DNA of 61,806 bases, counting the filler, from Desulfonatronovibrionaceae bacterium (GTDB lineage: Bacteria > Desulfobacterota > Desulfovibrionia > Desulfovibrionales > Desulfonatronovibrionaceae), in the NCBI GenBank assembly GCA_046539845.1. It is 3 parts of 3 records of this genome, joined end to end, with 100 filler letters (N's around TTAATTAATTAA, not from the genome) between each part and the next. Parts side by side here need not be neighbours in the genome. Positions count along the whole stretch, not along the records: positions 22,825 to 42,711 come from JBKHGE010000037.1; 2 more parts are not named here. One strand, given 5' to 3'. Below are positions 29,528 through 38,106 of the stretch, piece by piece (position 1 is the stretch's first letter; every line of letters starts with the position of its first letter). Under the pieces are notes generated by a model. That model was not told the DNA's origin, made no database searches, and saw only the letters and a program-made list of their open reading frames with translations. The translations under genes and the position numbers were made by a program.

Positions 29528-30499
29528 CTATTTAAGCCCTTTTTCAATCCGCTTAAGCCAGGGCATTTTCTTCTCATTTTTTTTCCGCAGGGGCTTTAGT
29601 TCCTCTTTGAATTCCTTTTTATCCACCCTGTTCACAGCCATGCCCTGCTTTTGGATTTCCTCAAGCATTTCCTCTTCCCGGGAACGGATGAACTCCTTTT
29701 CCTCTTTGGCTGCCTCCAGCGCGCACTTGCGCATGCTCTTTTTTTCCCCTGCGGACAGTTTGTCCCAGGTCTTCGGGGAGCAGATAATGACCGCCGGGGA
29801 ATAGACATGCCCGGTCAGGGACAGATAGTCCTGCAGCTCCCACAGCTTGAAGGCATGGATGATGTTCACCGGGTTTTCCTGGCCGTCCAGGGCTCCCTGG
29901 CGCAGGGCGGCCAAAGCTTCGCCAAAAGGCATGGCCTGGGCCCGTGCACCAAGATGATCAAAAGCGTCCATGTGCACCTTGTTCTCCATGGTCCTAATTT
30001 TAATCCCCTTGAGATCGGAAGGCTCGTGTATCGGCCGTTTGCTGTTGGTCACGTGCCTGAAGCCGTTCTCCCAGAAGGCCAGGCCGATTATGTCCTTTGA
30101 GGAAAGCGAATCCAAGAAGTCTCGACCCAAGGGACCCCCCAGGATCTTGTCCACTTCCTCGTACCCGGTGAATAGATAGGGAACGTCCAGGGCAGCGAAA
30201 TTAGGGTCGAAGTTGGACAGCGGACCGGTGGAGGTGATCGCCATATCCACCATGCCCATGCGCACCGCCTCGATAAGCGCGCGTTCATCACCGAGCTGTC
30301 TGTTGGGGAATATCTTTACGGACAGGTTGCCGTTTGTGGCTGATTCCAGGCAGTCTGCGAATTTTTCCGCGCCAAGGTGGTAGGGACTTTTGGCGTTTAC
30401 TGCATGTCCCAGTTTCAGAGTCTGCGCCCCGGCTGGGGAGAAAAGGGCAAGGGATGAGATTGTCAGCAAAAAAAGGTGCAGTAGGCGAACAAAGTGCAT
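29528..30499 (-). CDS. dctP: TRAP transporter substrate-binding protein DctP
   Basis: FPNRQLG, WENGFRH, DLKGIKIR and DGQENP motifs. Signal peptide from ATG 30499 with a GGAG RBS. Confidence 0.92.
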   Translation of the reverse strand: MHFVRLLHLFLLTISSLALFSPAGAQTLKLGHAVNAKSPYHLGAEKFADCLESATNGNLSVKIFPNRQLGDERALIEAVRMGMVDMAITSTGPLSNFDPNFAALDVPYLFTGYEEVDKILGGPLGRDFLDSLSSKDIIGLAFWENGFRHVTNSKRPIHEPSDLKGIKIRTMENKVHMDAFDHLGARAQAMPFGEALAALRQGALDGQENPVNIIHAFKLWELQDYLSLTGHVYSPAVIICSPKTWDKLSAGEKKSMRKCALEAAKEEKEFIRSREEEMLEEIQKQGMAVNRVDKKEFKEELKPLRKKNEKKMPWLKRIEKGLK

Positions 30500-30800
30500 A
30501 AGTTCACTCCTTAATTTTTCTAAGGTTTGCTGCCGGATAGTTTTGGGCCCTGCGGCCCTCTGAGCTGGCTGAGTCCTGGACAGGTTAAACAAAATCCGGT
30601 CAAGCCCCGGAGGTTAATATCTAACCTTGCTCCTGGATTACTTAGGTCGTCATTCCTTTCCCAACTCCGGGACGACCTTGTTTATTTTACTTTTTTTTCG
30701 GGCGGAATTATCGTCCGGGCCCCGCCTTGTGTTTGAGGCATGTTATGACTATGCTGCCTGTTTTGACAACAAAAACCGGGTTAAAGGCTAAAATCAAGCG

Positions 30801-31934
30801 ATGAGCAGTATTTGGCTCAATGTGGGCGAGGCCTCGTCTGATGTCTACGGAGCCCTGGTGTGCAAATATCTGCGGGAAAACGTCCCGCAAATTGAATGCA
30901 CAGGCATGGGCGGTCCGGAGATGCGCCGGTCCGGGCTGCGCAGTGTCCTGCGCTCCGAAGACCTGTCGGTCATGGGTATAACCGAGGTCGTCTCCGCCCT
31001 GCCCCGCATACTGGGCATGCTCGGCCGGATCAAGGCGGAGATGCGCCGCAATCGGCCGGCGGCTGTGTTTGTCTTTGACTGTCCGGATTTTAATTTCCGG
31101 GTGGTCAAAGCGGCCCACAGCCTGGATATCCCGGTGTATTACTGTATTGCCCCCAAGGCCTGGGCCTGGCGCAAGGGCCGGGTACGCTTTTTACGCAAAT
31201 ACGTAAAAGAGCTTTTGTGTATTTTCCCGTTTGAAGAGGATTTCTTCCGCGAGCACGGGGTGAATGCCTCGTACATCGGACACCCTTTGCTCCAGGTCTT
31301 GCCCGGAAAAACAAAGAGCGCCTCCCGCCCCGGCAGCCGGCTGGCTGTTCTGCCCGGTTCCCGGAAAATGGAGATCCAGACCCTTGTCCCGGTGTTCGCC
31401 TCTGCCTGCCGTATCCTGAAGGAAGAGATGCCCGAATTAAAGCCGGACTTGATTCGCGCTCCTGGCGTTTCCGAGGAGGAGCTCCTCTCTCTGTGGCCTT
31501 CTGATGTCCCGGTACACATATCCTCGCCGGAAGACCGGCATGAGCGGATTCAAAGTTCTGCGGCCGCCCTGGCTGCATCCGGGACGGTCACCCTGGAGTG
31601 CGCCCTTCTGGGGGTGCCCACAGTGGTCGCCTACCGGGTCTCGGCCTTGACCTATACCCTGGGCCGGATGCTCGTGGACATCCCGTATGTCAGCATGCCC
31701 AATCTGATCCTGAACCAGGAGGTGTTCCCCGAATTTCTGCAGGATCGCCTCCATCCCGGCTCCCTGTCCGCGGCGGTCCGGGAGCGGATGCAGGAGGGGA
31801 GGACCCGGGAGGAGATTTTGACCCGCTTGAGCACCCTGAGGGAGAGACTGGGCCGGCGCAATGCAGTCCAGGAGATAGCCGGACGGGCCGCGCGCGAGGC
31901 CGGGCAGGCCGCGGGAGGGCGGGAAGGTGCTTAG
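30801..31934 (+). CDS. lpxB: Lipid-A-disaccharide synthase
   Basis: GEASSD, DCPDFN, WAWR, FPFE, GHPL, LPGSR and SGTVTLE. Confidence 0.95.
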   Translation: MSSIWLNVGEASSDVYGALVCKYLRENVPQIECTGMGGPEMRRSGLRSVLRSEDLSVMGITEVVSALPRILGMLGRIKAEMRRNRPAAVFVFDCPDFNFRVVKAAHSLDIPVYYCIAPKAWAWRKGRVRFLRKYVKELLCIFPFEEDFFREHGVNASYIGHPLLQVLPGKTKSASRPGSRLAVLPGSRKMEIQTLVPVFASACRILKEEMPELKPDLIRAPGVSEEELLSLWPSDVPVHISSPEDRHERIQSSAAALAASGTVTLECALLGVPTVVAYRVSALTYTLGRMLVDIPYVSMPNLILNQEVFPEFLQDRLHPGSLSAAVRERMQEGRTREEILTRLSTLRERLGRRNAVQEIAGRAAREAGQAAGGREGA

Positions 31935-32316
31935 ATTTTCTCTTGGTCGGCATCGTTTCGGCCGGGGCCATCTTGTCCTTTGGGTTTTTTGCCTGTTTTT
32001 GGTCATGGTCATGAGTTTCAAGGGCGCTTCGGTCCGGGCCACGGTTGCGGGAGGGGACAAATTGATGCATTTTGCGGCCTATTTGGTCCTTGGCTATCTC
32101 TATCCCCGGCCGCTTTCCGGCTGGCCGCGCTATCTGGGCTTGTGGGCTTTTCTGGCCGGATTGGGCGGTTTTTTGGAATTTCTGCAATGGGGATTTATTC
32201 GGGCCGGGATTGGCGATCCCCTGGACGCCCTGGCTAACTCCCTGGGAGCGGCCAGCGGGCTGGGGCTTTTTTACTGCACACTCGGCAGGAGGGAGAATGG
32301 AAAACAGGATTTTTGA
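31927..32316 (+). CDS. VanZ family membrane protein
   Basis: DKLMHFAAY, EFLQ and DALANSLG. Confidence 0.85.
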   Translation: MLRFSLGRHRFGRGHLVLWVFCLFLVMVMSFKGASVRATVAGGDKLMHFAAYLVLGYLYPRPLSGWPRYLGLWAFLAGLGGFLEFLQWGFIRAGIGDPLDALANSLGAASGLGLFYCTLGRRENGKQDF

Positions 32317-32542
32317 ACTGGGACTGACTGTGGAGGGTACTTCTTTATATCTCTTGCTGGATGCGGTCGGAGAGCCTGGTTACGACATTAACATGCAAGA
32401 GGTGCGGGACCGCTGGCAGAGCACAGAGACCAAGCTGCAGGAGAGCATCCAGGAACTGAAGGCGCACAAGGTGGCGGTGGAAAGCGAAGCCGGCCTGCGG
32501 GTTATGCCGGTGGAAGGCTGGGTGGATTCTTCCCGGTCCTGA
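32297..32542 (+). CDS. Small hypothetical protein
   Basis: MENRIFELGL.. start with an AGGAGG RBS, packed within the operon. Confidence 0.65.
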   Translation: MENRIFELGLTVEGTSLYLLLDAVGEPGYDINMQEVRDRWQSTETKLQESIQELKAHKVAVESEAGLRVMPVEGWVDSSRS

Positions 32543-32552
32543 GGCGGACACT

Positions 32553-33509
32553 TTGGATCCGGAACTGTATTTAAATCAGCTCGTCTGGCCCATAATTCGG
32601 CTCTGCTTCTTTGTCGGCCTGGGGGTGATGATCGGCAATCTGATCGAGGCCATGAATTGGACCCGGTTCATGGCCCGGCTGGCCACTCCTTTGGTCCGGG
32701 CCGGTCGGCTCAAGGACATCTCCGGAGCCAGTTTTTCCATGGCCTTTTTTTCCGGGGTCTCCGCGAACACCATGCTCGCCGAGGCCTATTCCCAAAACAG
32801 GCTGAGCAAAAAAGAGCTGGTCCTGTCCAACCTGTTCAATGCTCTGCCCACCTATTTCCTACACCTGCCGACCACGTTTTTCATTATAGTCCCGTTTATC
32901 CAGGCCGCGGCAGCCCCTTATCTGGCCCTGACCCTTTCTTCGGCCTTTTTGCGCATGATAGTGGTGGTGATTTTGTCCCGCCTGCTTTTACCGGCCAAGG
33001 AAAAGACTTGTGTGCACTGCGAGATCCCGGATCGTTCCCCGGGATCGACAAGAGATCTTGTCCTGGCCATTTGGCAGCGGTTCAAAAAAAGGATGCGCCG
33101 TATCCTGGCCTTTACCATCCCCATTTATATCGCGGTGTTTTTTTTGCAGCAGTTCGGGGTATTTGACCTGATCCGGGATTGGATGGCCTCCAATCTGGCT
33201 GTTTTGAGCTGGCTCCCCCCGCAGGCGGTGAGTATTGTCGCCCTGCAGATCGCGGCTGAGTTTTCCGCCGGTTTGGCTGCGGCCGGGGCTATGCTGGACA
33301 GCGGGGCGCTTATGGTCCGGGAGGTGGTTTTGGCTTTAATCATCGGCAATATTTTTTCTTCGCCCATGCGCGCCTTGCGGCATCAATTCCCTTATTACGC
33401 CGGGATATTCTCCCCCGGACTGGCGGTGGGGCTTATTTTCTACAATCAGGGGCTGCGGGCGGCGAGTCTTATGGCCGTGGGTTTTGTATATTATTTCCTT
33501 TTTTGGTAG
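32553..33509 (+). CDS. Nucleoside-recognition (Gate) domain membrane protein
   Basis: Duplicated Gate-like segments, AFFSGVSANTML and RHQFPYYAGIF. Confidence 0.7.
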   Translation: MDPELYLNQLVWPIIRLCFFVGLGVMIGNLIEAMNWTRFMARLATPLVRAGRLKDISGASFSMAFFSGVSANTMLAEAYSQNRLSKKELVLSNLFNALPTYFLHLPTTFFIIVPFIQAAAAPYLALTLSSAFLRMIVVVILSRLLLPAKEKTCVHCEIPDRSPGSTRDLVLAIWQRFKKRMRRILAFTIPIYIAVFFLQQFGVFDLIRDWMASNLAVLSWLPPQAVSIVALQIAAEFSAGLAAAGAMLDSGALMVREVVLALIIGNIFSSPMRALRHQFPYYAGIFSPGLAVGLIFYNQGLRAASLMAVGFVYYFLFW

Positions 33510-33644
33510 GTTAGGCCCGTCTCACAGAATTTAGTCTCGGATCCTGAGTGCATCGGGCAAAGTCAGCCTCTGGGGCTTAATTTATTCATCGCCTTTGAAT
33601 TACTTCCTGCGGTATCCAATTTGGCTATAAGGAGGCACTTGTTT

Positions 33645-34379
33645 ATGAAACATATATTGGTTCTGCTGGGCACGATTTTTTTGTTTGCCGCCTGTTCGCC
33701 CACCGATCCCCTGCCTCAGCCCCGCCGGGTGGTGGATCTGACGGATATCTCCGGAGCAGAGCGCACACCGGACTGGGAACTGGCGGCTGTAGGTTATGAA
33801 TACTCCGGGCAGGGGGTAAATTACCGTAAGGCCGGATTAGAGCCGGTCTTTCTGGTCTTGCGCAATAAGAGCGATCAAAAGCCGCGCATCCTTTTGGACG
33901 AGGTCCAGGGGATCGGTCCGGACGGGGAGTTTTTGCCCTATTCCGTGGATGAGGCCGAGCGCCTGGTGACCGCCTCGGAGACATTTAAGCTGAATGCCAA
34001 AAACGCCCTTAAGTCCGGGACCCTGGGCGCGGCTGTTGGCGCCGGGCTGGGCGCGATCATCGGCTCCATAACCGGAGGGGACGCCATTGCCAGCGGCGCG
34101 GCCCTGGGCGCCGGTTTTGGGGGAATGACTTTGGGAGTGGCCTCAGTTCCCGAGGCCCAGAGAAAGCTCAAGCGGTTGATCCGCGAGGATCTGGAGAACC
34201 ATGCCTGGAAGGAGACCACGGTCGCCCCGCACATGACCCGGATGGGCTATGTCTATCTGCCCGGGGAGGAGGAGATAGACAGGGTCAGGGTCAGCGTGCG
34301 TGTGGAGGATAGGGTCCGTACTTATGAGCTCCCGGTGGTAAGCGTCCAGGATTCAGGCGGTGGCCGGGAGCAGGAATGA
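33645..34379 (+). CDS. Lipoprotein with a glycine zipper
   Basis: FAAC lipobox and GAAVGAGLGAIIG..GAALGAGFGG. Confidence 0.75.
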   Translation: MKHILVLLGTIFLFAACSPTDPLPQPRRVVDLTDISGAERTPDWELAAVGYEYSGQGVNYRKAGLEPVFLVLRNKSDQKPRILLDEVQGIGPDGEFLPYSVDEAERLVTASETFKLNAKNALKSGTLGAAVGAGLGAIIGSITGGDAIASGAALGAGFGGMTLGVASVPEAQRKLKRLIREDLENHAWKETTVAPHMTRMGYVYLPGEEEIDRVRVSVRVEDRVRTYELPVVSVQDSGGGREQE

Positions 34380-34392
34380 TCGGTCGGAAATC

Positions 34393-34483
34393 CAGGCATT
34401 TTTCCTCCGGAGAAGATAATTGCCCCCGGAACATAAGGAAGGCATGAAAAAAGAGATTTTAACCGTAGATTACGCTGATTTTC
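34393..34483 (+). repeat. Dispersed 91-bp repeat, copy 1
   Basis: Ungapped match of 74/91 positions to 41234-41324 (hand alignment). Confidence 0.85.
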
Positions 34484-34630
34484 GCGGATAAAGATGTATC
34501 CGCCTCCAGGAAGCGAAGAGGAGTCGTACCTCTATGGTCTGACACACCCTGTCCACCCTGGACCCTGCGCTCAAAGCAGGGCAGATCATTTGAGTTGAAG
34601 CGCATGTATAATCGCAAGTAAAACACGGGC

Positions 34631-34942
34631 ATGAAAAAAAGGAAAAAAAAGATCTTACCGCAGGCGGCAATAAGGCGGCATTGTCTTTTGTGCATGGGCG
34701 GGAGCAGACAGCTGGTAAATGACTGCCCGGAAACAGATTGTCCTCTTTATCCCCATCGCCTGGGAGACGCGGAAGCGGAGTCCGATCTTTTTCCCGTCAT
34801 AAGCCTCTTCTGCCTTTACTGCGCCGGGGAAGAGGAAAGTGTTCGCCTCTGCCCGGGAAAATTTTTGTCCGGGTATAAATGTTCTTTGTGGCCGGTCCGT
34901 TTCGGACCGCTGGGCAAGATGGGGGCTTTTTTGAGGCGATAA
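34631..34942 (+). CDS. Small Cys-rich protein with an internal duplication
   Basis: Two units: CLLCMGG..C..CPLYPHRLG and CLYCAGE..C..CSLWPVRFG. Confidence 0.7.
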   Translation: MKKRKKKILPQAAIRRHCLLCMGGSRQLVNDCPETDCPLYPHRLGDAEAESDLFPVISLFCLYCAGEEESVRLCPGKFLSGYKCSLWPVRFGPLGKMGAFLRR

Positions 34943-34974
34943 AGAAGGGTAAGTTTTAAGTGGTTATGTTTTAG

Positions 34975-34991
34975 GTGGTTATGTGGTTAAG
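34975..34991. repeat. Left arm of the inverted repeat enclosing the four-helix-bundle gene
   Basis: gtggttatgtggttaag is the perfect reverse complement of 35385-35401 and lies in a GTGGTTA tandem tract. Confidence 0.85.
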
Positions 34992-35034
34992 GGCATAAGT
35001 GGTTACAGTTTATGGCACAGAGGGGGAGTAAAAA

Positions 35035-35397
35035 ATGAGCTATCAATCCTTTGAGGATCTCGAAATCTGGAAAAAATCCTGCAGGCTCGCGGTGACCACA
35101 TACAAAGCGATGAAAAATTGCCGGGACTATGGCTTGAGGGATTAGATATGCCGCTCTGCAGTTTCCATTCCCTCAAACATAGCTGAAGGAGCGGAAAGAA
35201 ATTCTAAGCAAGAATATATCCGCTTTTTACATATAGCAAAGGGGTCGGCAGCAGAACTCAGGACTCAGATTTATATTGCCAAAGAAATAGGGGTGTTGGA
35301 CAAAGAGACTGCCAGTGAACTGGTTGCAGAGCTTAAGCACATATCCGCCATGCTGCATAAGGCGGCCGAAACAATTAAACAACGCTTAACCACATAA
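35035..35397 (+). pseudogene. Four-helix-bundle protein (23S rRNA IVS protein / Avd-like family) with an internal TAG
   Basis: MSYQSFEDLEIWKKS..GLRD*ICRSAVSIPSNIAEGAER..FLHIAKGSAAELRTQ. TAG at 35143 falls where Gln is usual. Not in the ORF track. Confidence 0.9.
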
Positions 35398-35401
35398 CCA
35401 C
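35385..35401. repeat. Right arm of the inverted repeat enclosing the four-helix-bundle gene
   Basis: cttaaccacataaccac, followed by further TAACCAC-like units to about 35426. Confidence 0.85.
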
Positions 35402-35426
35402 GTAATCACATTTTAACACATAACCA

Positions 35427-37103
35427 TTACCGAATCTTTTTCCTGCACTCACTAATGTAATACTCTGCTTCCGGCCGGTTTTCAATGGCCGTGAGGACTT
35501 GAAGGGCCTCTTGGAAGCGGCCGGTGTTCATATAGGTAAGTCCCAGGGCCAGGGTGATTTCCGGGTCTTTCGGGAAGCAGCGAACCCCTTGTACAAGCAC
35601 TTTTTCCGCCGCAGTGAAATTCCTTTTTTTCTGCTGCAGTATGCCCAGCCCGAGAAAGGCCCGTCTGTCCGGGGCTGTATCCAGGGCTTTTTCAAGGAGC
35701 TCCCGGGCGAGTTTTTCTTTTTCCGGGATTTCCTCTATCCGGGAGAGGTCCCCGTGGGTAAAGGTAAGGCCCAGCCGGGAGAGGAAATCCGCGCCAAACT
35801 CCGGCTCCTCTTTCCTTGTTTCGTATGTAAGCTCCCGCGCCGCGTGGGGCAGGGTTTTGTAAAAGGTCTCCCGCAAGGCCTTGCCAAAAGTGAGGACGTC
35901 TTCTTTTTGCATCCCCGGGTCCAGCTCATGCCAGGAAACCTCCTCGATCTTTTTCAGCCAGACGTCATTTTCCAGCTTTCCTTCGGCCACAGCTCGATCG
36001 TAAAGTGCTGTGCCCGGGAAGAGGTGCAGGATGTAAAATACAGCGCTTAAGGGCTTTATTTTTTGGATAAGTTCCCTGCTCTGCTTCATTGTGCTCTCGT
36101 CTTCCTCCGGGCAGGCATAAATGAAATAGGCTCGGGGCAGGATGCAGGCCTTTTTGCACAAGTCAAAGGCGCGGACTATATCCGGCTCGGTTATGTCCTT
36201 GTTCAAAAGGCCCCGGATTTTCTCTGATCCGCTTTCCACCCCGAAGCTTATCTGGATACAGCCGGCCCGGCGCATAAGCCGCAATGTCTCTTCATCCACC
36301 CGGTCCACGCGGGAGATGGCCGCCCAGGTAATGTCCAGGCCCTTTTCGATTATCCCCTGGCAGACTTCCCGCACCAGTCGCGGCTTTAAAGTAAACGTAT
36401 CGTCGCTTACATTGAAGTAGGTCACGCCCTTTTCCCGCAGCCGGGCTAGCTGGCGCAGGAAATACTGCGGGGAATGGAAGCGCACCTTTCGCTTCCAGAA
36501 GGCCGGGGAGGCGCAGAAAGTGCATTTCCCGGGACAGCCCCGGCTTAAGGCAACGTGGCTGAAGGTGAAATGCTCGGCCGGGTCCGGGAGTTGATCCAGG
36601 TCGGGTAAAAAATCGGGACAGGGATTTGCCCGCGGGGTCCCTTTTCCCCGCCAGGCAAGACCGGGGATATTTTCCGGGGTCAGTTCGCCTTTTTGGATTT
36701 GCCCGGCCAGGATTTCCAAAGGGATTTCCCCTTCGCCGCGGACAATGAAGTCCGGCTGGGAAAAGTTGCTTAAAAAATGTTCCCACATAAAGGTCGCAGC
36801 CACCCCTCCGAAGACCGTGACGGTCTGCGGGGAAGTCTCCTTTATCACCCGGCAGTACTCCAGGGCCGCCCATCTGTTGGCGTTGAAGACCGTGAACCCG
36901 GCCAGGTCGGGCCTGAATTCATGGATTATTTTTTCCAGCCTGCCCCGGTCCACCTGCTCGGCATAGGCGTTCAATATCCTGACCTTAAAACCGCGGTCCA
37001 TAAGCAATGCGGCCAGGTAATACAGCCCGATCGGGGTGTAGGTATGGTCCAGGTCCGTGTACCTGGGCTCCAGGCAGGGGGGATAGATGAGAAGAACGCG
37101 CAT
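35427..37103 (-). CDS. B12-binding radical SAM protein with C-terminal TPRs
   Basis: MRVLLIYPP, PIGLYYLAA, GEGE, SRGCPGKCTFC, GVESGS and TPR-like helices. Confidence 0.9.
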   Translation of the reverse strand: MRVLLIYPPCLEPRYTDLDHTYTPIGLYYLAALLMDRGFKVRILNAYAEQVDRGRLEKIIHEFRPDLAGFTVFNANRWAALEYCRVIKETSPQTVTVFGGVAATFMWEHFLSNFSQPDFIVRGEGEIPLEILAGQIQKGELTPENIPGLAWRGKGTPRANPCPDFLPDLDQLPDPAEHFTFSHVALSRGCPGKCTFCASPAFWKRKVRFHSPQYFLRQLARLREKGVTYFNVSDDTFTLKPRLVREVCQGIIEKGLDITWAAISRVDRVDEETLRLMRRAGCIQISFGVESGSEKIRGLLNKDITEPDIVRAFDLCKKACILPRAYFIYACPEEDESTMKQSRELIQKIKPLSAVFYILHLFPGTALYDRAVAEGKLENDVWLKKIEEVSWHELDPGMQKEDVLTFGKALRETFYKTLPHAARELTYETRKEEPEFGADFLSRLGLTFTHGDLSRIEEIPEKEKLARELLEKALDTAPDRRAFLGLGILQQKKRNFTAAEKVLVQGVRCFPKDPEITLALGLTYMNTGRFQEALQVLTAIENRPEAEYYISECRKKIR

Positions 37104-37354
37104 GCGGCCCGGATACAGGATTTGCCTGCGCCTGAAAAGGGGAGGGGAATGACGACCCGGGTAAATCCAGTGCCCAGGGGATTCATGCTCAAACCTTCGC
37201 GCCCCCTCATGAATCTGTCTGATCTTTTCGATTTCAGCCAAGGTCCATTTAAGTGTTACTATGAATTTGTTAAGTGCTATTTTGTTCTTTACTTTGAACT
37301 CCGTCGGGGATAATGAAAAAGCTAAGACTGTAATAGCGTCAAGGAGGGGTGAAA

Positions 37355-38053
37355 ATGAATTCATGCATGAGGCGGGTATTTTCCTGTGTGGTGTTTCTGT
37401 TTTTCCTGGCCGTGCCTATTTCCGTGTTTGCCTATGGAGATGGAGGAGGTGACTCCGGAGGCGGAAGCAGCGGTGGTTCCAGTGGAGGAGGGTCTGGACC
37501 CGGAGACGGGATGACCGTGCCGGGGATGATTTTCTTCGAGCCCGAGGAAGGGAATCTGGAGACCGAAGGCGGGGAGATAATCATGAATGATTGTCCCGAG
37601 CCGGGCCAGCCCTTTATCTCCCAGATTGGGATTTGGGAGATCGCCAAGGACATGTCCCAGGAGCAACGGGAGGAGATCGCGCAAATCACCCGAGATAATG
37701 CAGAGCATTGGGATACTGCCGTTAATGTTGCTGAAGCCGCGAATAAAGTGGGGAAACTTGTGGAAAAAGGACTCGCCTTCACCCCGGTGGGGGTGGGGAC
37801 CCAAACCGCAATTTCCGCGGCCCGGGGTGCGGCGGAAGGTGGTCCGAAAGGCGCGGCAACCAGCGCTCTGGTTAACGTGGCCACTTCAAAACTCCCTCCT
37901 GCAGTGGGTATAGTAGCGGGTAAAGCGCTAGAGAACGGCGTCCCGGTACCTTCAGTGACCCCGCCAATCGGAGGTTCGGCCCCCACAGCTCCTCCTTCCC
38001 CCACAGGAGGTACAGGACCGGCTCCAGCCGAGGAATCAATCAGGCCGCAGTAA
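37355..38053 (+). CDS. Secreted Gly/Pro-rich hypothetical protein
   Basis: Signal peptide (VFA), GS linker, Ala/Gly helical core, Pro-rich tail, AAGGAGG RBS. Confidence 0.7.
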   Translation: MNSCMRRVFSCVVFLFFLAVPISVFAYGDGGGDSGGGSSGGSSGGGSGPGDGMTVPGMIFFEPEEGNLETEGGEIIMNDCPEPGQPFISQIGIWEIAKDMSQEQREEIAQITRDNAEHWDTAVNVAEAANKVGKLVEKGLAFTPVGVGTQTAISAARGAAEGGPKGAATSALVNVATSKLPPAVGIVAGKALENGVPVPSVTPPIGGSAPTAPPSPTGGTGPAPAEESIRPQ

Positions 38054-38106
38054 TATTCAGGGTGGCTTTTTGTTTGCCATTTTAACGGTTTGTAAGGGAG
38101 GTTTGA

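Noticed and set aside
35143..35145. In-frame TAG as possible pyrrolysine or read-through
   Set aside because: It sits at a normally Gln position, one change from CAG, and no pyl genes are in view. A nonsense mutation or sequencing error is simpler.
35035..35397. Avd-like gene as part of a diversity-generating retroelement or rRNA intervening sequence
   Set aside because: No reverse transcriptase, TR/VR pair or rRNA sequence is seen in the window.
34393..35426. Short repeats as a CRISPR array
   Set aside because: There is no regular repeat-spacer periodicity and no cas genes.
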